In this document: positions 9,463 through 18,624 of the stretch, piece after piece
Layout of the letters: each line of letters begins with the position of its first letter
Numbering within the stretch: position 1 is the stretch's first letter
Virus record (IMG/VR): IMGVR_UViG_3300042013_000018
Location: 20,050 to 84,049 of that record
DNA from: a virus
Taxonomy: Duplodnaviria; Caudoviricetes
Direction: 5' to 3' (one strand)
DNA length: 64,000 nucleotides
Notes under the pieces: generated by a model
Told to the model about the DNA's origin: nothing
The model's input: the letters and a program-made list of their open reading frames with translations, nothing else
Database searches by the model: none
Program-made: the position numbers and the translations under genes

Positions 9463-10905
9463 TTAGATGAATGTGATATTCTCAGGGAGAACTTGACCTA
9501 CACCGTCGAAAGGAATAATAATATTTGCTACAGCAGTAGGAGGGTTAGTTGTGCCAATCAGCATACTATCTACCTGATGCCCAGCAATGGAGTTCACTGG
9601 CGTGTACAGACGGCTATACAAAATATCCTGACCAATACTCAGACCATCTACATAGTTAATGATCGCTTCACGAATTTGATCATACCCATCTTCAGGGAAA
9701 TTCTGATCAGTTGTAAGCTCAAGCTGAATATAGATATTTACAGGAGTTGGACGGGAGAATTTAATCTCTCTCGTATAACCAAACTTATCTGTAATCGTGA
9801 CAGTTGTATTACCAACAGATGCAACACCGGCGCCACGGTTATCCCAGATGGCTCGTGCAATCTCTACAGAAGTACCACCATCAACCAATACAAGGAAGCT
9901 ATGTCCCGGAGTTCCGTTAGCATTTGTAACGTCTGTATTGTTGTCATCAATATAGACTTGCTGTACATCGTCAAGACTAAACAAGGCTGAATAGACAGCT
10001 TCTACAATATTCCCAGCACGTTCAAACTTTGTATTACGAAAGCGAATACGCAGTTCTTCATCAGTCTCACGTAATCTACCACTAACAGCAGCTAATGGGT
10101 TTGTTACACTGTCCCAACCAAGACGTGATGTCTGAATCTGAGTGATAGTTCCGATAGGTTGACTAAGAGGACCAGCAGTTGTGGCGACAACATCACCAAG
10201 CTTATCTACCTTGACAATACCAAGGTTGGTGGATGTGGTGAAACTTGTCTGCAAGAAGATATCAGCCAACACAAGCTTAAGGTCATTGTTCGCTGTGTAG
10301 CTGGTGATAATCTCAGGGTAGGTGGAATCAATAGAAGCTTTCAATCCAGCGAGGATAAGAGCTTTGGTTGCACCAACAGGAGATGTATAGCTGATAATCT
10401 GTGTAGCAGCTTGTCGAGTAAAGCTTATCGTGTATGTGGTGGAATCAGCTACAATTACGCTAGTGACTGTTACCCCTGACGTGTTATCAGCTGACAAGAG
10501 AACGTCGTTTAGAAGGCTAAATTGTTCACTAGTTGTAGGGGAAGACACTGTGTTACCAGCAGCAATCAGTGTCCCTGTGTCACCAGACAGCAATACTTGA
10601 GCAGTTGTGTAAGTGTTCTCAAACCTTGCTGGAATACCACTGAGCAAGATCATGTTGTCTAGGGAGATGCCTGTTGCGCTATTAGCGTCAAAGGCTGAGT
10701 AAACTTGTTGTGCTGCCTCCCAGAGGTCTGCTTCAGGTACAGATGCGATTGCTACAAGGCGTCCGATTACAGAACTATCATCTGTGTTGACCGTATCACC
10801 CGGCTCAACTTGGTCTTGGAAAGCAACTACAGCACGAGCTTTATCCTCTGTTACAACTTCAGGAAGCCTTTTGGTAGTGAATCCTGTATTACTTAAACCT
10901 GCCAT
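9463..10905 (-). CDS. Baseplate J-like wedge protein
   Basis: GRLRETDEELRIRF, EIARAIWDNRGAGV, IKFSRPTPVNIY motifs. Confidence 0.85.
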   Translation of the reverse strand: MAGLSNTGFTTKRLPEVVTEDKARAVVAFQDQVEPGDTVNTDDSSVIGRLVAIASVPEADLWEAAQQVYSAFDANSATGISLDNMILLSGIPARFENTYTTAQVLLSGDTGTLIAAGNTVSSPTTSEQFSLLNDVLLSADNTSGVTVTSVIVADSTTYTISFTRQAATQIISYTSPVGATKALILAGLKASIDSTYPEIITSYTANNDLKLVLADIFLQTSFTTSTNLGIVKVDKLGDVVATTAGPLSQPIGTITQIQTSRLGWDSVTNPLAAVSGRLRETDEELRIRFRNTKFERAGNIVEAVYSALFSLDDVQQVYIDDNNTDVTNANGTPGHSFLVLVDGGTSVEIARAIWDNRGAGVASVGNTTVTITDKFGYTREIKFSRPTPVNIYIQLELTTDQNFPEDGYDQIREAIINYVDGLSIGQDILYSRLYTPVNSIAGHQVDSMLIGTTNPPTAVANIIIPFDGVGQVLPENITFI

Positions 10906-10914
10906 AGGGCTTCC

Positions 10915-11280
10915 TTAAACTGGGGTAATTGTAATTGGTTGTGTAATAGTTCCGTCAACAACCTTAACCGAGAATGTCAGGCTATACTGCCTATTAACAA
11001 GAGAGGAGTTGAATGTGACAATTTGCTTTACACCCGGTTCTGACAAGATGGCAGTCTGAAAGATCAAATCTACATTAGCTTTGGTTGTCTTTTTACCGAG
11101 TATGGATTGGAAGTAAGGAACACCATAAGTCGTGTTGTAGAACCAGTCACCCTTAAAACTTCTGAGGAGTATAAGGAGTCTTTGACCAACAGTCTCTGTG
11201 AGAGGGTGTGTTACCCCGATATCTGTAAGTGGACCATTCTCCCAAACACAATCATGAGAAATATCTAATTTTAAATCCAT
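10915..11280 (-). CDS. Baseplate sheath-initiator (gp25/gpW-like)
   Basis: GDWFYNTTYGVPYFQSILGKK motif; position between spike and J. Confidence 0.75.
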   Translation of the reverse strand: MDLKLDISHDCVWENGPLTDIGVTHPLTETVGQRLLILLRSFKGDWFYNTTYGVPYFQSILGKKTTKANVDLIFQTAILSEPGVKQIVTFNSSLVNRQYSLTFSVKVVDGTITQPITITPV

Positions 11281-11289
11281 ATTAAAACC

Positions 11290-12114
11290 TCATGGGACAG
11301 GTGGACTAGTAGGAGATCCCGGCACCGATGAGATGTGTACATGGGCACTGAAGATAATGCCGTTGAAGGTCTGCACACCAATACCTGTGTAATTGCCATT
11401 GTGTGAGTAAGAACCAGTTTGTGTAGTGTTACCAATGTGCGTGATATTACCTGTGAAGTTAATACTAGGTACATCCACATTCATAGTTGGACCAACGACA
11501 TTCATCTCTTCTGAGAAGTTAATGTTAGCCACGCTACAATTAATTGTCACAGGCTGGTTGCTTGTATTAACCTCGATACTGCCATCAGCTTTAATTCTAA
11601 CCTCAGCTTCCACACCACCTAAGTTAGAAAACATAACGGTGTCGGAAGTGCTGTGCGTCAAAACATGCTTAGCTGGGTCGTTAATTGCTGAACCGGGGGG
11701 TTGTATGCCCGGATAGAACATCGCGTCTGAAGCACTCATCTTTCCCGCTGTTTGGGGTGTAGATGGCCTACCATTACCAGCCTTCCAAGCTGCCATATCT
11801 CGCATAGAGAAAATGGCCGTTCCTGTGGTCCCAACTTCAATTGGGAATGTCATACCAGCTTTACTGGATACAGGAAAGGAGATTGGAACACCATAAATAG
11901 GCGGACGTTCTTTCACACTACCATCTTGTAGCTTTTGATTAATAGTAGGTTGGATATCTACCATCTGCCCAGAACCATTATCTCTAACAGCGATGACAAT
12001 ACAAGGAATTGCTGTATTAACACTTTCCATCTTGTAATCAAAAGCTGAGTTAACTGTATCTTGGATGGCAGCTACCAGACCTGTATCAATTGGCATCTTT
12101 ATCCACCTTCTCAA
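11290..12114 (-). CDS. Baseplate central spike (Gp138/gpV-like); likely start 12096
   Basis: OB-fold-like N-terminus (VDIQPTIN, VPISFP), beta-helix C-terminus and HxH tip (SAHVH). Confidence 0.85.
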   Translation of the reverse strand: MRRWIKMPIDTGLVAAIQDTVNSAFDYKMESVNTAIPCIVIAVRDNGSGQMVDIQPTINQKLQDGSVKERPPIYGVPISFPVSSKAGMTFPIEVGTTGTAIFSMRDMAAWKAGNGRPSTPQTAGKMSASDAMFYPGIQPPGSAINDPAKHVLTHSTSDTVMFSNLGGVEAEVRIKADGSIEVNTSNQPVTINCSVANINFSEEMNVVGPTMNVDVPSINFTGNITHIGNTTQTGSYSHNGNYTGIGVQTFNGIIFSAHVHISSVPGSPTSPPVP

Positions 12115-12985
12115 GATAGGAAGCTTTAATTTCAGTCACCCAAGACTTTGAGCGATAACCACCTGAATGACGAAGGCTGTCCACACGAAACCATCCAGTG
12201 ATGTAGGTGTCTTCAAGTCTGATAATATCACCAGCAACAATATCAGGATTAAGCTGAATCTTCATCTGTATGCCGGGCTTCTTGGCTTTATCTTTCTTGG
12301 ACCTTTTACGATCCCCAGAAACACGATAAGCATTTTCAATTAATCCCGTGTAGGCTGAGATGACATAAGCTTCATTGAAGTTTTCGTTGTTAGCTCTATC
12401 GTTATTTTTTACATACAGAACGTCATCATCAACTTGCCAATCCAGTCCGTACTTCTCGCCAAGCTCATCCAACATCTCTTTAGGGCTTCCCATTAAAGGG
12501 TATCCATAAAGGATTTCATTGTTCAAGTTGGTGCCATTATAAACTCCACGACTAACGCCGGGGAGAGCTTTACGAAGAGCCTCAGCAACCTCTTTAACTG
12601 TGCTACCCGGAGGTACAATTTCGTTTAGAACTTCGTGATTAAGTTCTTGGTATCCTGAACCTAACTGAAGTTGTACAACCACATCTGTACCAGACTTGCG
12701 AATACTCACATGGTTAACAACACCACCGAAGATTCTCTTGATGTTGCCAGCGTTTAAGTAGCCAACACTGAGTGCCGCTGCTGGGTAATCACTATCAAGA
12801 AGTTTTAGTTGGTCAGGATTAAGGTTGTAAATCTCAATTGCAGCAGAGTTGGTACGTTTTTTATTGTCTGTTGATTTTGATACATCAAATGTTACTTGCA
12901 GATTATTCTGTATTTCAAAAGCTTCACCTGACTTTGGATTACCCACGATCAAACTAAAGACTCGATTTGTTTGATATCCATCCAT
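12086..12985 (-). CDS. Baseplate hub protein
   Basis: VTFDVSKST, AAIEIYNL, LNPDIVAGDIIRLE motifs; position upstream of the spike. Confidence 0.8.
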   Translation of the reverse strand: MDGYQTNRVFSLIVGNPKSGEAFEIQNNLQVTFDVSKSTDNKKRTNSAAIEIYNLNPDQLKLLDSDYPAAALSVGYLNAGNIKRIFGGVVNHVSIRKSGTDVVVQLQLGSGYQELNHEVLNEIVPPGSTVKEVAEALRKALPGVSRGVYNGTNLNNEILYGYPLMGSPKEMLDELGEKYGLDWQVDDDVLYVKNNDRANNENFNEAYVISAYTGLIENAYRVSGDRKRSKKDKAKKPGIQMKIQLNPDIVAGDIIRLEDTYITGWFRVDSLRHSGGYRSKSWVTEIKASYLEKVDKDAN

Positions 12986-12997
12986 AAGGTAATCTCG

Positions 12998-13321
12998 TCA
13001 GTAGATATAGTACATATTGTAATACTCATTGATATTTTCAGGATAAACTTTGTAAGGTTCAGAGATAATATTAGCCTTCTCTTCTAACCAAAAGAATCCT
13101 GTAAGAGTATTAAGTGCATAGTCTTGCATCAGTTCATAAGATGGTACTAAAGCAACACCCTCAACCAGCGGAATATTCTCTGCTGTAAGGAGCGACAGAA
13201 AGTATAATCCAGCCCTTGAGTTATATTTGAAATCAAGGATATAGGAGTTGCCTTGCAAGTTAACAGCATAGTTATAATCTGGATCAGAGTAAAGCGGCAG
13301 TGTGATATAGTTGTAAGCCAT
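12998..13321 (-). CDS. Baseplate-associated small protein
   Basis: 107-aa ORF with YNSRAGLYFLSL motif in the conserved baseplate gene order. Confidence 0.65.
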   Translation of the reverse strand: MAYNYITLPLYSDPDYNYAVNLQGNSYILDFKYNSRAGLYFLSLLTAENIPLVEGVALVPSYELMQDYALNTLTGFFWLEEKANIISEPYKVYPENINEYYNMYYIY

Positions 13322-14106
13322 TAGTTTGACCTAGCCTCTCTTGATGGATCTACGTCTACTTTAGGGGCATCAGCACTCCCATCCTCGGAGGATTTTGGTG
13401 TGCTATCAACCTTACCCTTTGTAGACTTAGCTGCTGCTTTCTTCTTCAGAGAATCAGTGATATCTTTAGGAATAACTGCTTTCTTAAGAAAAGCAAATGT
13501 TACTTGTTCAAGCTTCATATCAAAATATAAGGCATAACCAGTATTCACATCTTCTTTGAAATTAAGATCAGTAATAACTAGATTATTTGTAATCTTGCGA
13601 AGGATTGTACCATCGTACTCAAACAACTCTACAATTTGAATATTAGGGTCAAACTGACCTGTCTTATCATTGTAAATAATACCACTCATCAAGCCCTCAA
13701 GGGCTGATCTGATTTGCTCAAGTAGATCTTCTCTCGCACTATCAAGCACAACTTCAGGAGCGCTATCAGACAGAAACTGGCCGATGCTATCGGGAAGAAA
13801 CTTCTTTAGAACACTCTGGTCAGTTGAATTAACAGACACAGCTGTTGGGGGTTCAAAACTATTATAGGGTGCATTACCTTCCAAATCTTGAATCAGATAA
13901 GTGTTGGTAGAAATATCAGCACCTGAGATAACAGCAGACAAGCTTATTACTTTGTTTTCGACTATGTAATGGTCAACGATGAAAGAACCAAGGGCAATGG
14001 GATGTTTAGTCACTTGCCCCTTGTTACTTCTGTTCATCGAAATTGTAGCATCAAAGAACACCATACCACCCGTACTGCTGTCACCCCAACGAAGGCATAA
14101 CGACAT
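13321..14106 (-). CDS. Distal-tail (Dit-like)/baseplate protein
   Basis: VTKHPIALGSFIVDH motif; directly after the tape measure. Confidence 0.7.
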   Translation of the reverse strand: MSLCLRWGDSSTGGMVFFDATISMNRSNKGQVTKHPIALGSFIVDHYIVENKVISLSAVISGADISTNTYLIQDLEGNAPYNSFEPPTAVSVNSTDQSVLKKFLPDSIGQFLSDSAPEVVLDSAREDLLEQIRSALEGLMSGIIYNDKTGQFDPNIQIVELFEYDGTILRKITNNLVITDLNFKEDVNTGYALYFDMKLEQVTFAFLKKAVIPKDITDSLKKKAAAKSTKGKVDSTPKSSEDGSADAPKVDVDPSREARSN

Positions 14107-14134
14107 ATTTTACTCCTTATTGTAGGTAAAGCTT

Positions 14135-16420
14135 TTATTCGCGGGATGGCCAATTGACTTGAGCTTGTTCAAAAGCTCCTGTAAGTGCTGTGGCTGTTGC
14201 ATTAGCCATTGCTTGAGCTTGGGCTTCAACTTCAATACCCGCAAGTGTTGCATCAACATTGACAGCTATATCAAAGTTGTTTGTTACATTGTTGTTAGTA
14301 ACTGCTGCTTCAGCTTGGGACATGGCAAGTGATTTATTGTAATCTTCTATCTCTACGGGGGATTGAGGATTATACTGAGACAAGTCTTGATAAGGTTGAC
14401 CAGAAGGAGTGGTTTCAGGATTATTAAAGAGCCCTAAAGAAGACTCCATAGCATTCTGGTTATTAAGACCAAAACCCTGACTTTCATAAGTAGGTGTAAG
14501 TGTGTCTGTTGGTGTAAGTGAGCTATTAAGCCTTGTACCTAAAGCATCAGAATCTATCGCAGCACGAACAGCAGCAGCAAACTTATCACCTTCTGGGTCT
14601 GCCTGCATAGCTTTGAAGTTCTGATAATACTGTGTACTTAACTCACGATCAGCATCAAATCTTGTAGGATTCTGGTAGTAAGGAGATGTTGGATCATCAT
14701 AAATAGCTTGACCGCGAGTCTTAGCTGCACCCAGACCGACCAAGAAGTTAGTAGACAAATCTCCTACAACAGCAGCAGGACTGGTATACTCCAATCCAAA
14801 CAGATTGGCCTTCTCAGTGTCTGAGCGAGTTCCTTTTTCCTGAACACTTGGAAACTGTCCATTCTTCCACTTCTCAAATCCTGCAATAGCATTCAAGATA
14901 GCAGCTATCTCTTTAGACGTAGCTTCAAGTGTTGGAAGAAAATCAAACTTAAGACTTGAAATGTCCGAAAAGATTTGTTTAATATTTTGCCAATCAGCAA
15001 CAAGCTCTTTAGTCTTACCTTCACCAAGCCAATCTGCTACCAGACTGTCCTTACCCTCTAGTGCCCGGACGAACGACTGAGGAAACAACAGAAGATCATC
15101 GGCCCACTTAGTTGCTTCATTGAAGCCCTCGGCAAGTGTTGTGACCAAACCGTTAGACTCAGATAATCCAGCGTTCAGGGTGCGGAAGATACGAGCAAAA
15201 CCTTCTTCAACCCCGGCGTTTGATGCAACTACTGCCAAATCACTTACAGCATTCTGATAACGGGCTTGTTCAGCTTGCGATGCTAACGAGGCTTTACCTA
15301 ACGCACCACCCTCGTTAGCCCTTTCAGAGGCTGTAGCCCCGGCATAAGTGAGGATATCACTTGTAACTTTCCCTTTCTTCATATCAGCAAGGAGAGCTTG
15401 GATTGCAGCTTGACCTGTTAAATCACCCTTACCCTTGCCTGTAGCTTTAAGCTGGGACTGATAAGCTTGTGCGAAGAGTGCAGTACCCCCCGGCAAAGCC
15501 TCTGCAATTTGGCCAGTAAGTTCCTCAGATTGAAGTTTACCTTTACCAGCAACTTGTGACAGCGCCCGGAACAAACGGTTCTGGGTAGTCTTATCAAGTT
15601 TATTAACACGGGCTAACTCTGCAAACCCACTAAATACTTTCTGGCTGTCTTTTACACTAACACCAGATCCTGTGAGACCAGAGATGAGTTTATTATAGTC
15701 ACCTGACGCATCAAGGTAATTAAAACCAATCCTCTCCCCTTCTTTACGCAGATATTGAAAAGAGCCTTGTCCTTGTTCAGCAGTACCGCCAGCTTGTTGA
15801 ATGACAGCTTGGGACTGCAACTGAGCAGATACAACTTGTTGATTTCGCTGATTCAGTTCAGAAAGGCCATAACCACCCAAACCTAGTGCTAAAGCTGGGG
15901 CATAAAGTCGCGACATGCCACCAGCAATACCACCGGCAACCGCAGCGTGTCTTGGCCTAATACCGCCATCGTTTGCCGTACTACCCGGAATATGAGTAGG
16001 ATTAACTTTTGGTCTTAAGGTTGTAGACTGGGATGCCACTTTTGCAGCAGCAGCCATAGCTGTAATCAAAGCAGCATTAAGATGGGATTGATCTACATGA
16101 AATCTTGCGATCTGGAAAGTGTTTCGTGTGCTGGCAATATCAAGTGCTGTACCTAATGCAATATTAAGCGCTGTCTGATTGACATCAAACTTGCTAACAT
16201 TGAATGTAAGTTTTACACTAGCAATTTCCAGACCTTTGAGAATAGCTGCTTCCAGCTTATCTTGCTTTAGAGAGAACCTACCAAGACTAAACCCCCTGCC
16301 ACCCGTTGTACCCAAACCCCTGATGCGGGACTCTAAAGCAGCAAGTTCCTTATCTGCTTTAGCAAAAGAAGACTTGTCAATGACCAAACCAAATGACGCG
16401 AAGTATTCTGCAATTTTAAT
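14135..16420 (-). CDS. Tape measure protein (start proposed at ATT 16420; ORF track uses TTG 16387)
   Basis: Long Ala/Gly-rich helical protein with LSQVAGKGKLQSEELTGQIAEALPG tape-measure motif. Confidence 0.85.
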   Translation of the reverse strand: MKIAEYFASFGLVIDKSSFAKADKELAALESRIRGLGTTGGRGFSLGRFSLKQDKLEAAILKGLEIASVKLTFNVSKFDVNQTALNIALGTALDIASTRNTFQIARFHVDQSHLNAALITAMAAAAKVASQSTTLRPKVNPTHIPGSTANDGGIRPRHAAVAGGIAGGMSRLYAPALALGLGGYGLSELNQRNQQVVSAQLQSQAVIQQAGGTAEQGQGSFQYLRKEGERIGFNYLDASGDYNKLISGLTGSGVSVKDSQKVFSGFAELARVNKLDKTTQNRLFRALSQVAGKGKLQSEELTGQIAEALPGGTALFAQAYQSQLKATGKGKGDLTGQAAIQALLADMKKGKVTSDILTYAGATASERANEGGALGKASLASQAEQARYQNAVSDLAVVASNAGVEEGFARIFRTLNAGLSESNGLVTTLAEGFNEATKWADDLLLFPQSFVRALEGKDSLVADWLGEGKTKELVADWQNIKQIFSDISSLKFDFLPTLEATSKEIAAILNAIAGFEKWKNGQFPSVQEKGTRSDTEKANLFGLEYTSPAAVVGDLSTNFLVGLGAAKTRGQAIYDDPTSPYYQNPTRFDADRELSTQYYQNFKAMQADPEGDKFAAAVRAAIDSDALGTRLNSSLTPTDTLTPTYESQGFGLNNQNAMESSLGLFNNPETTPSGQPYQDLSQYNPQSPVEIEDYNKSLAMSQAEAAVTNNNVTNNFDIAVNVDATLAGIEVEAQAQAMANATATALTGAFEQAQVNWPSRE

Positions 16421-16434
16421 TTTATATTACTCCG

Positions 16435-16704
16435 TTATTTGGTTTTATTATTCTTCTGCTTTTGTAAAGCCTGTTCTTTCAGGGCATCATAAACATCAAG
16501 ATATTCAAGAAGATCAAATAATACACGACCACTCTTCTTATCAGCTAAGAATTCTGAGGCTATATCTAACCCGCCTTTCTCATGAAAAGCTATGCGGTAA
16601 ATTTGCCAGCTACCGGAGAAAGTCTCTTGTACCTCTTTTTCCAGACCAACTGCTGGAGCTACAGATTGTTTTATTTTTCGTCTGTAGCGGGTTCTTCCAA
16701 AAAA
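16435..16704 (-). CDS. Tail assembly chaperone T extension (89-codon -1 frame, no own start)
   Basis: Open frame FFGRTRYRRKIKQ...SWQIYRIAFHEKGGLD...LLEYLDVYDALKEQA...K* begins exactly at slippery T TTT TTG (16698-16704). Confidence 0.8.
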   Translation of the reverse strand, partial: FFGRTRYRRKIKQSVAPAVGLEKEVQETFSGSWQIYRIAFHEKGGLDIASEFLADKKSGRVLFDLLEYLDVYDALKEQALQKQKNNKTK

Positions 16705-16991
16705 TCAGGAAAGTTCCAAGCAATCACAGCACCATAGAGTTTAGAAAGGTGCTTGTACTTACGAGAGAAGATTACATCAAAACGTTTCTCATCAATCATG
16801 TGATTATCTTTGCTGACATAGTTGCAAATGATTTGCTTGCGCATGGCAAGGTTATCTTTGCCGCTGTCCATCTCTTCTTGATACTGTTCCATGAACTGCA
16901 AGCTTTTAGTTGCAGGCATAGCACTTACAAGGTATTCAATCTTATCAACTGTAAGTGTTGTTTGTTCCAATAGTTCAGGTAACATCGCCAT
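16671..16991 (-). CDS. Tail assembly chaperone G
   Basis: 106-aa ORF between tube genes and tape measure, with a slippery heptamer near its 3' end. Confidence 0.8.
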   Translation of the reverse strand: MAMLPELLEQTTLTVDKIEYLVSAMPATKSLQFMEQYQEEMDSGKDNLAMRKQIICNYVSKDNHMIDEKRFDVIFSRKYKHLSKLYGAVIAWNFPDFLEEPATDEK

Positions 16992-17032
16992 TATTTTATC
17001 TCAAGGTTAACATTGTTTAAAAGCAAACAGAC

Positions 17033-17527
17033 TTAAAATAAGTCACTAACAAAGTTAGATGCTTCATCTAATACGCCATCAAAAAGAGATGTTTGCGGCC
17101 TTTGATTCCCCGCAACAATATAGCTCTTAGTGGTCTGACAAAAAAGGTTCCAAGGGCGTTCTTCAAACTGCCCAGAGAAAGTAACTACGGGGTATCCGGT
17201 AATGTATGCTTCGTCCGAAGAGAATACGCTCTTACCAGAGTTATCTTTCAACAACAAGCTAATTCTACCAGTACCCTCAGATAAATCAACATCGTGGATA
17301 TAGGAGAGCACTTCGTTAGCTTGAACACTTTGGATGATTCCCAAGCTTAGTGTTGCTGATGTGTCCTTGTTCCTAACCCTAGTATGTTTGCCACCAGTAC
17401 CTTTGACCGTATAAAACCCCAAAGGTCTTGTTATCGTAATTCGAAGCCAACCTGTAACCTGATAGCCACCAATTGTCAGGATAACATCCTTTGGACTATA
17501 GGTGTTGACAGTAAAGGAGTTCGACAT
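17033..17527 (-). CDS. Tail-tube-like protein (DUF3277-like paralog)
   Basis: TYSPKDVILTIGGYQVTG start resembles the two upstream tube genes. Confidence 0.7.
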   Translation of the reverse strand: MSNSFTVNTYSPKDVILTIGGYQVTGWLRITITRPLGFYTVKGTGGKHTRVRNKDTSATLSLGIIQSVQANEVLSYIHDVDLSEGTGRISLLLKDNSGKSVFSSDEAYITGYPVVTFSGQFEERPWNLFCQTTKSYIVAGNQRPQTSLFDGVLDEASNFVSDLF

Positions 17528-18025
17528 TTATATCACTCCCTCAATAACTGATACTGCGCTAGTAGCAAGATTAAGCAAGTCTTGTAAAATACCACTAGCA
17601 TCTTTGTTGCTACCGATATTTACTACCGCCTGAGACGAGCGTAAAACCCAAGTTCGGCTATCAAAAGTTGTACTCTCCACAATACTGGGAATACCTTCGA
17701 TCCATGTGTTGGTAGAAAAGAATAGATCTGTACCAGATAAATCCTTGACCAGCAAAGGGAACTTCATTCTCTGGGTTATCTCATCAAGCTGCCATAGCTT
17801 TGTAAGGACATCATTAGACGTTGAGCCACGGTGAAAAGTTAAGGCAATTGTGTATGTCTGACTGTTTGTATACAACCTTGTGATTGTACCATCAGGTGTT
17901 TCAGTAGTTGTGTAAGGAACTTTATCTTTTGTTATTGTGATGAAGGTTCCGTTGCCAAAACCTGTCAGTGGAATACCGAAAGCAAGGCAATTAACTTCAT
18001 CAGGAACATAGTTAGCAATTGTCAT
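17528..18025 (-). CDS. Tail-tube-like protein (DUF3277-like paralog)
   Basis: NYVPDEV...TGFGNGTFITI; clear similarity to 18071-18601. Confidence 0.75.
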   Translation of the reverse strand: MTIANYVPDEVNCLAFGIPLTGFGNGTFITITKDKVPYTTTETPDGTITRLYTNSQTYTIALTFHRGSTSNDVLTKLWQLDEITQRMKFPLLVKDLSGTDLFFSTNTWIEGIPSIVESTTFDSRTWVLRSSQAVVNIGSNKDASGILQDLLNLATSAVSVIEGVI

Positions 18026-18070
18026 AACATCTCCTTAAACATAGGGGCGTATTTCAGCCCCTAAAACCAA

Positions 18071-18601
18071 TTAAGGATTCAAACGCCACCGTGCATCAAC
18101 TTCAGCCCCAAGGGACTCCATTGCAGCAACTTCAGACGGTGCCAAAGGTGTGTTACCACCAATGAAAATATCACTGCCGAACAAATAGATAGCCCAATCA
18201 CGAGTACCGAACTCAGAACCAAAGGTAGCATTTGCCGGAGCGACAATTACTGCACTATTGCTGGAGGCTACAGTTTGCCCACTCAAGTCCTTCATGGTGC
18301 AATTGAAAACATAGGTGTTATCTTTTGCTTTTGCATCTGCAATTTGAAGTTGTTGAAACAACGTGTTGGAAGGTGAGCCTTGATGCAAAGTAACAGTTAC
18401 GTTCATTGCAGTTTTGCTACGCTTAACACGAGCAAAAGAGTTATCACCAACACCTTGATACGGAGTAGAACTTGGAGTAATGCGTTCCATGTTAACAAAT
18501 GTGCCATCAGCAAAACCTGTTACACGGTGTACGAAATCACCTTTTGACAAGATGATCGTGAAATCATCTGGCAGGTAATTCGCAATAAAATTGTCAGCCA
18601 T
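18071..18601 (-). CDS. Major tail tube protein
   Basis: Directly after sheath; NYLPDDF...TGFADGTFVNMER...VTLHQGSPSN. Confidence 0.8.
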   Translation of the reverse strand: MADNFIANYLPDDFTIILSKGDFVHRVTGFADGTFVNMERITPSSTPYQGVGDNSFARVKRSKTAMNVTVTLHQGSPSNTLFQQLQIADAKAKDNTYVFNCTMKDLSGQTVASSNSAVIVAPANATFGSEFGTRDWAIYLFGSDIFIGGNTPLAPSEVAAMESLGAEVDARWRLNP

Positions 18602-18624
18602 AAATATATTTTCCTATTGCGAAT

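Noticed and set aside
16179-16973. 264-aa plus-strand ORF
   Set aside because: Antisense to the chaperone G/T frames and TMP start, which fully explain the region.
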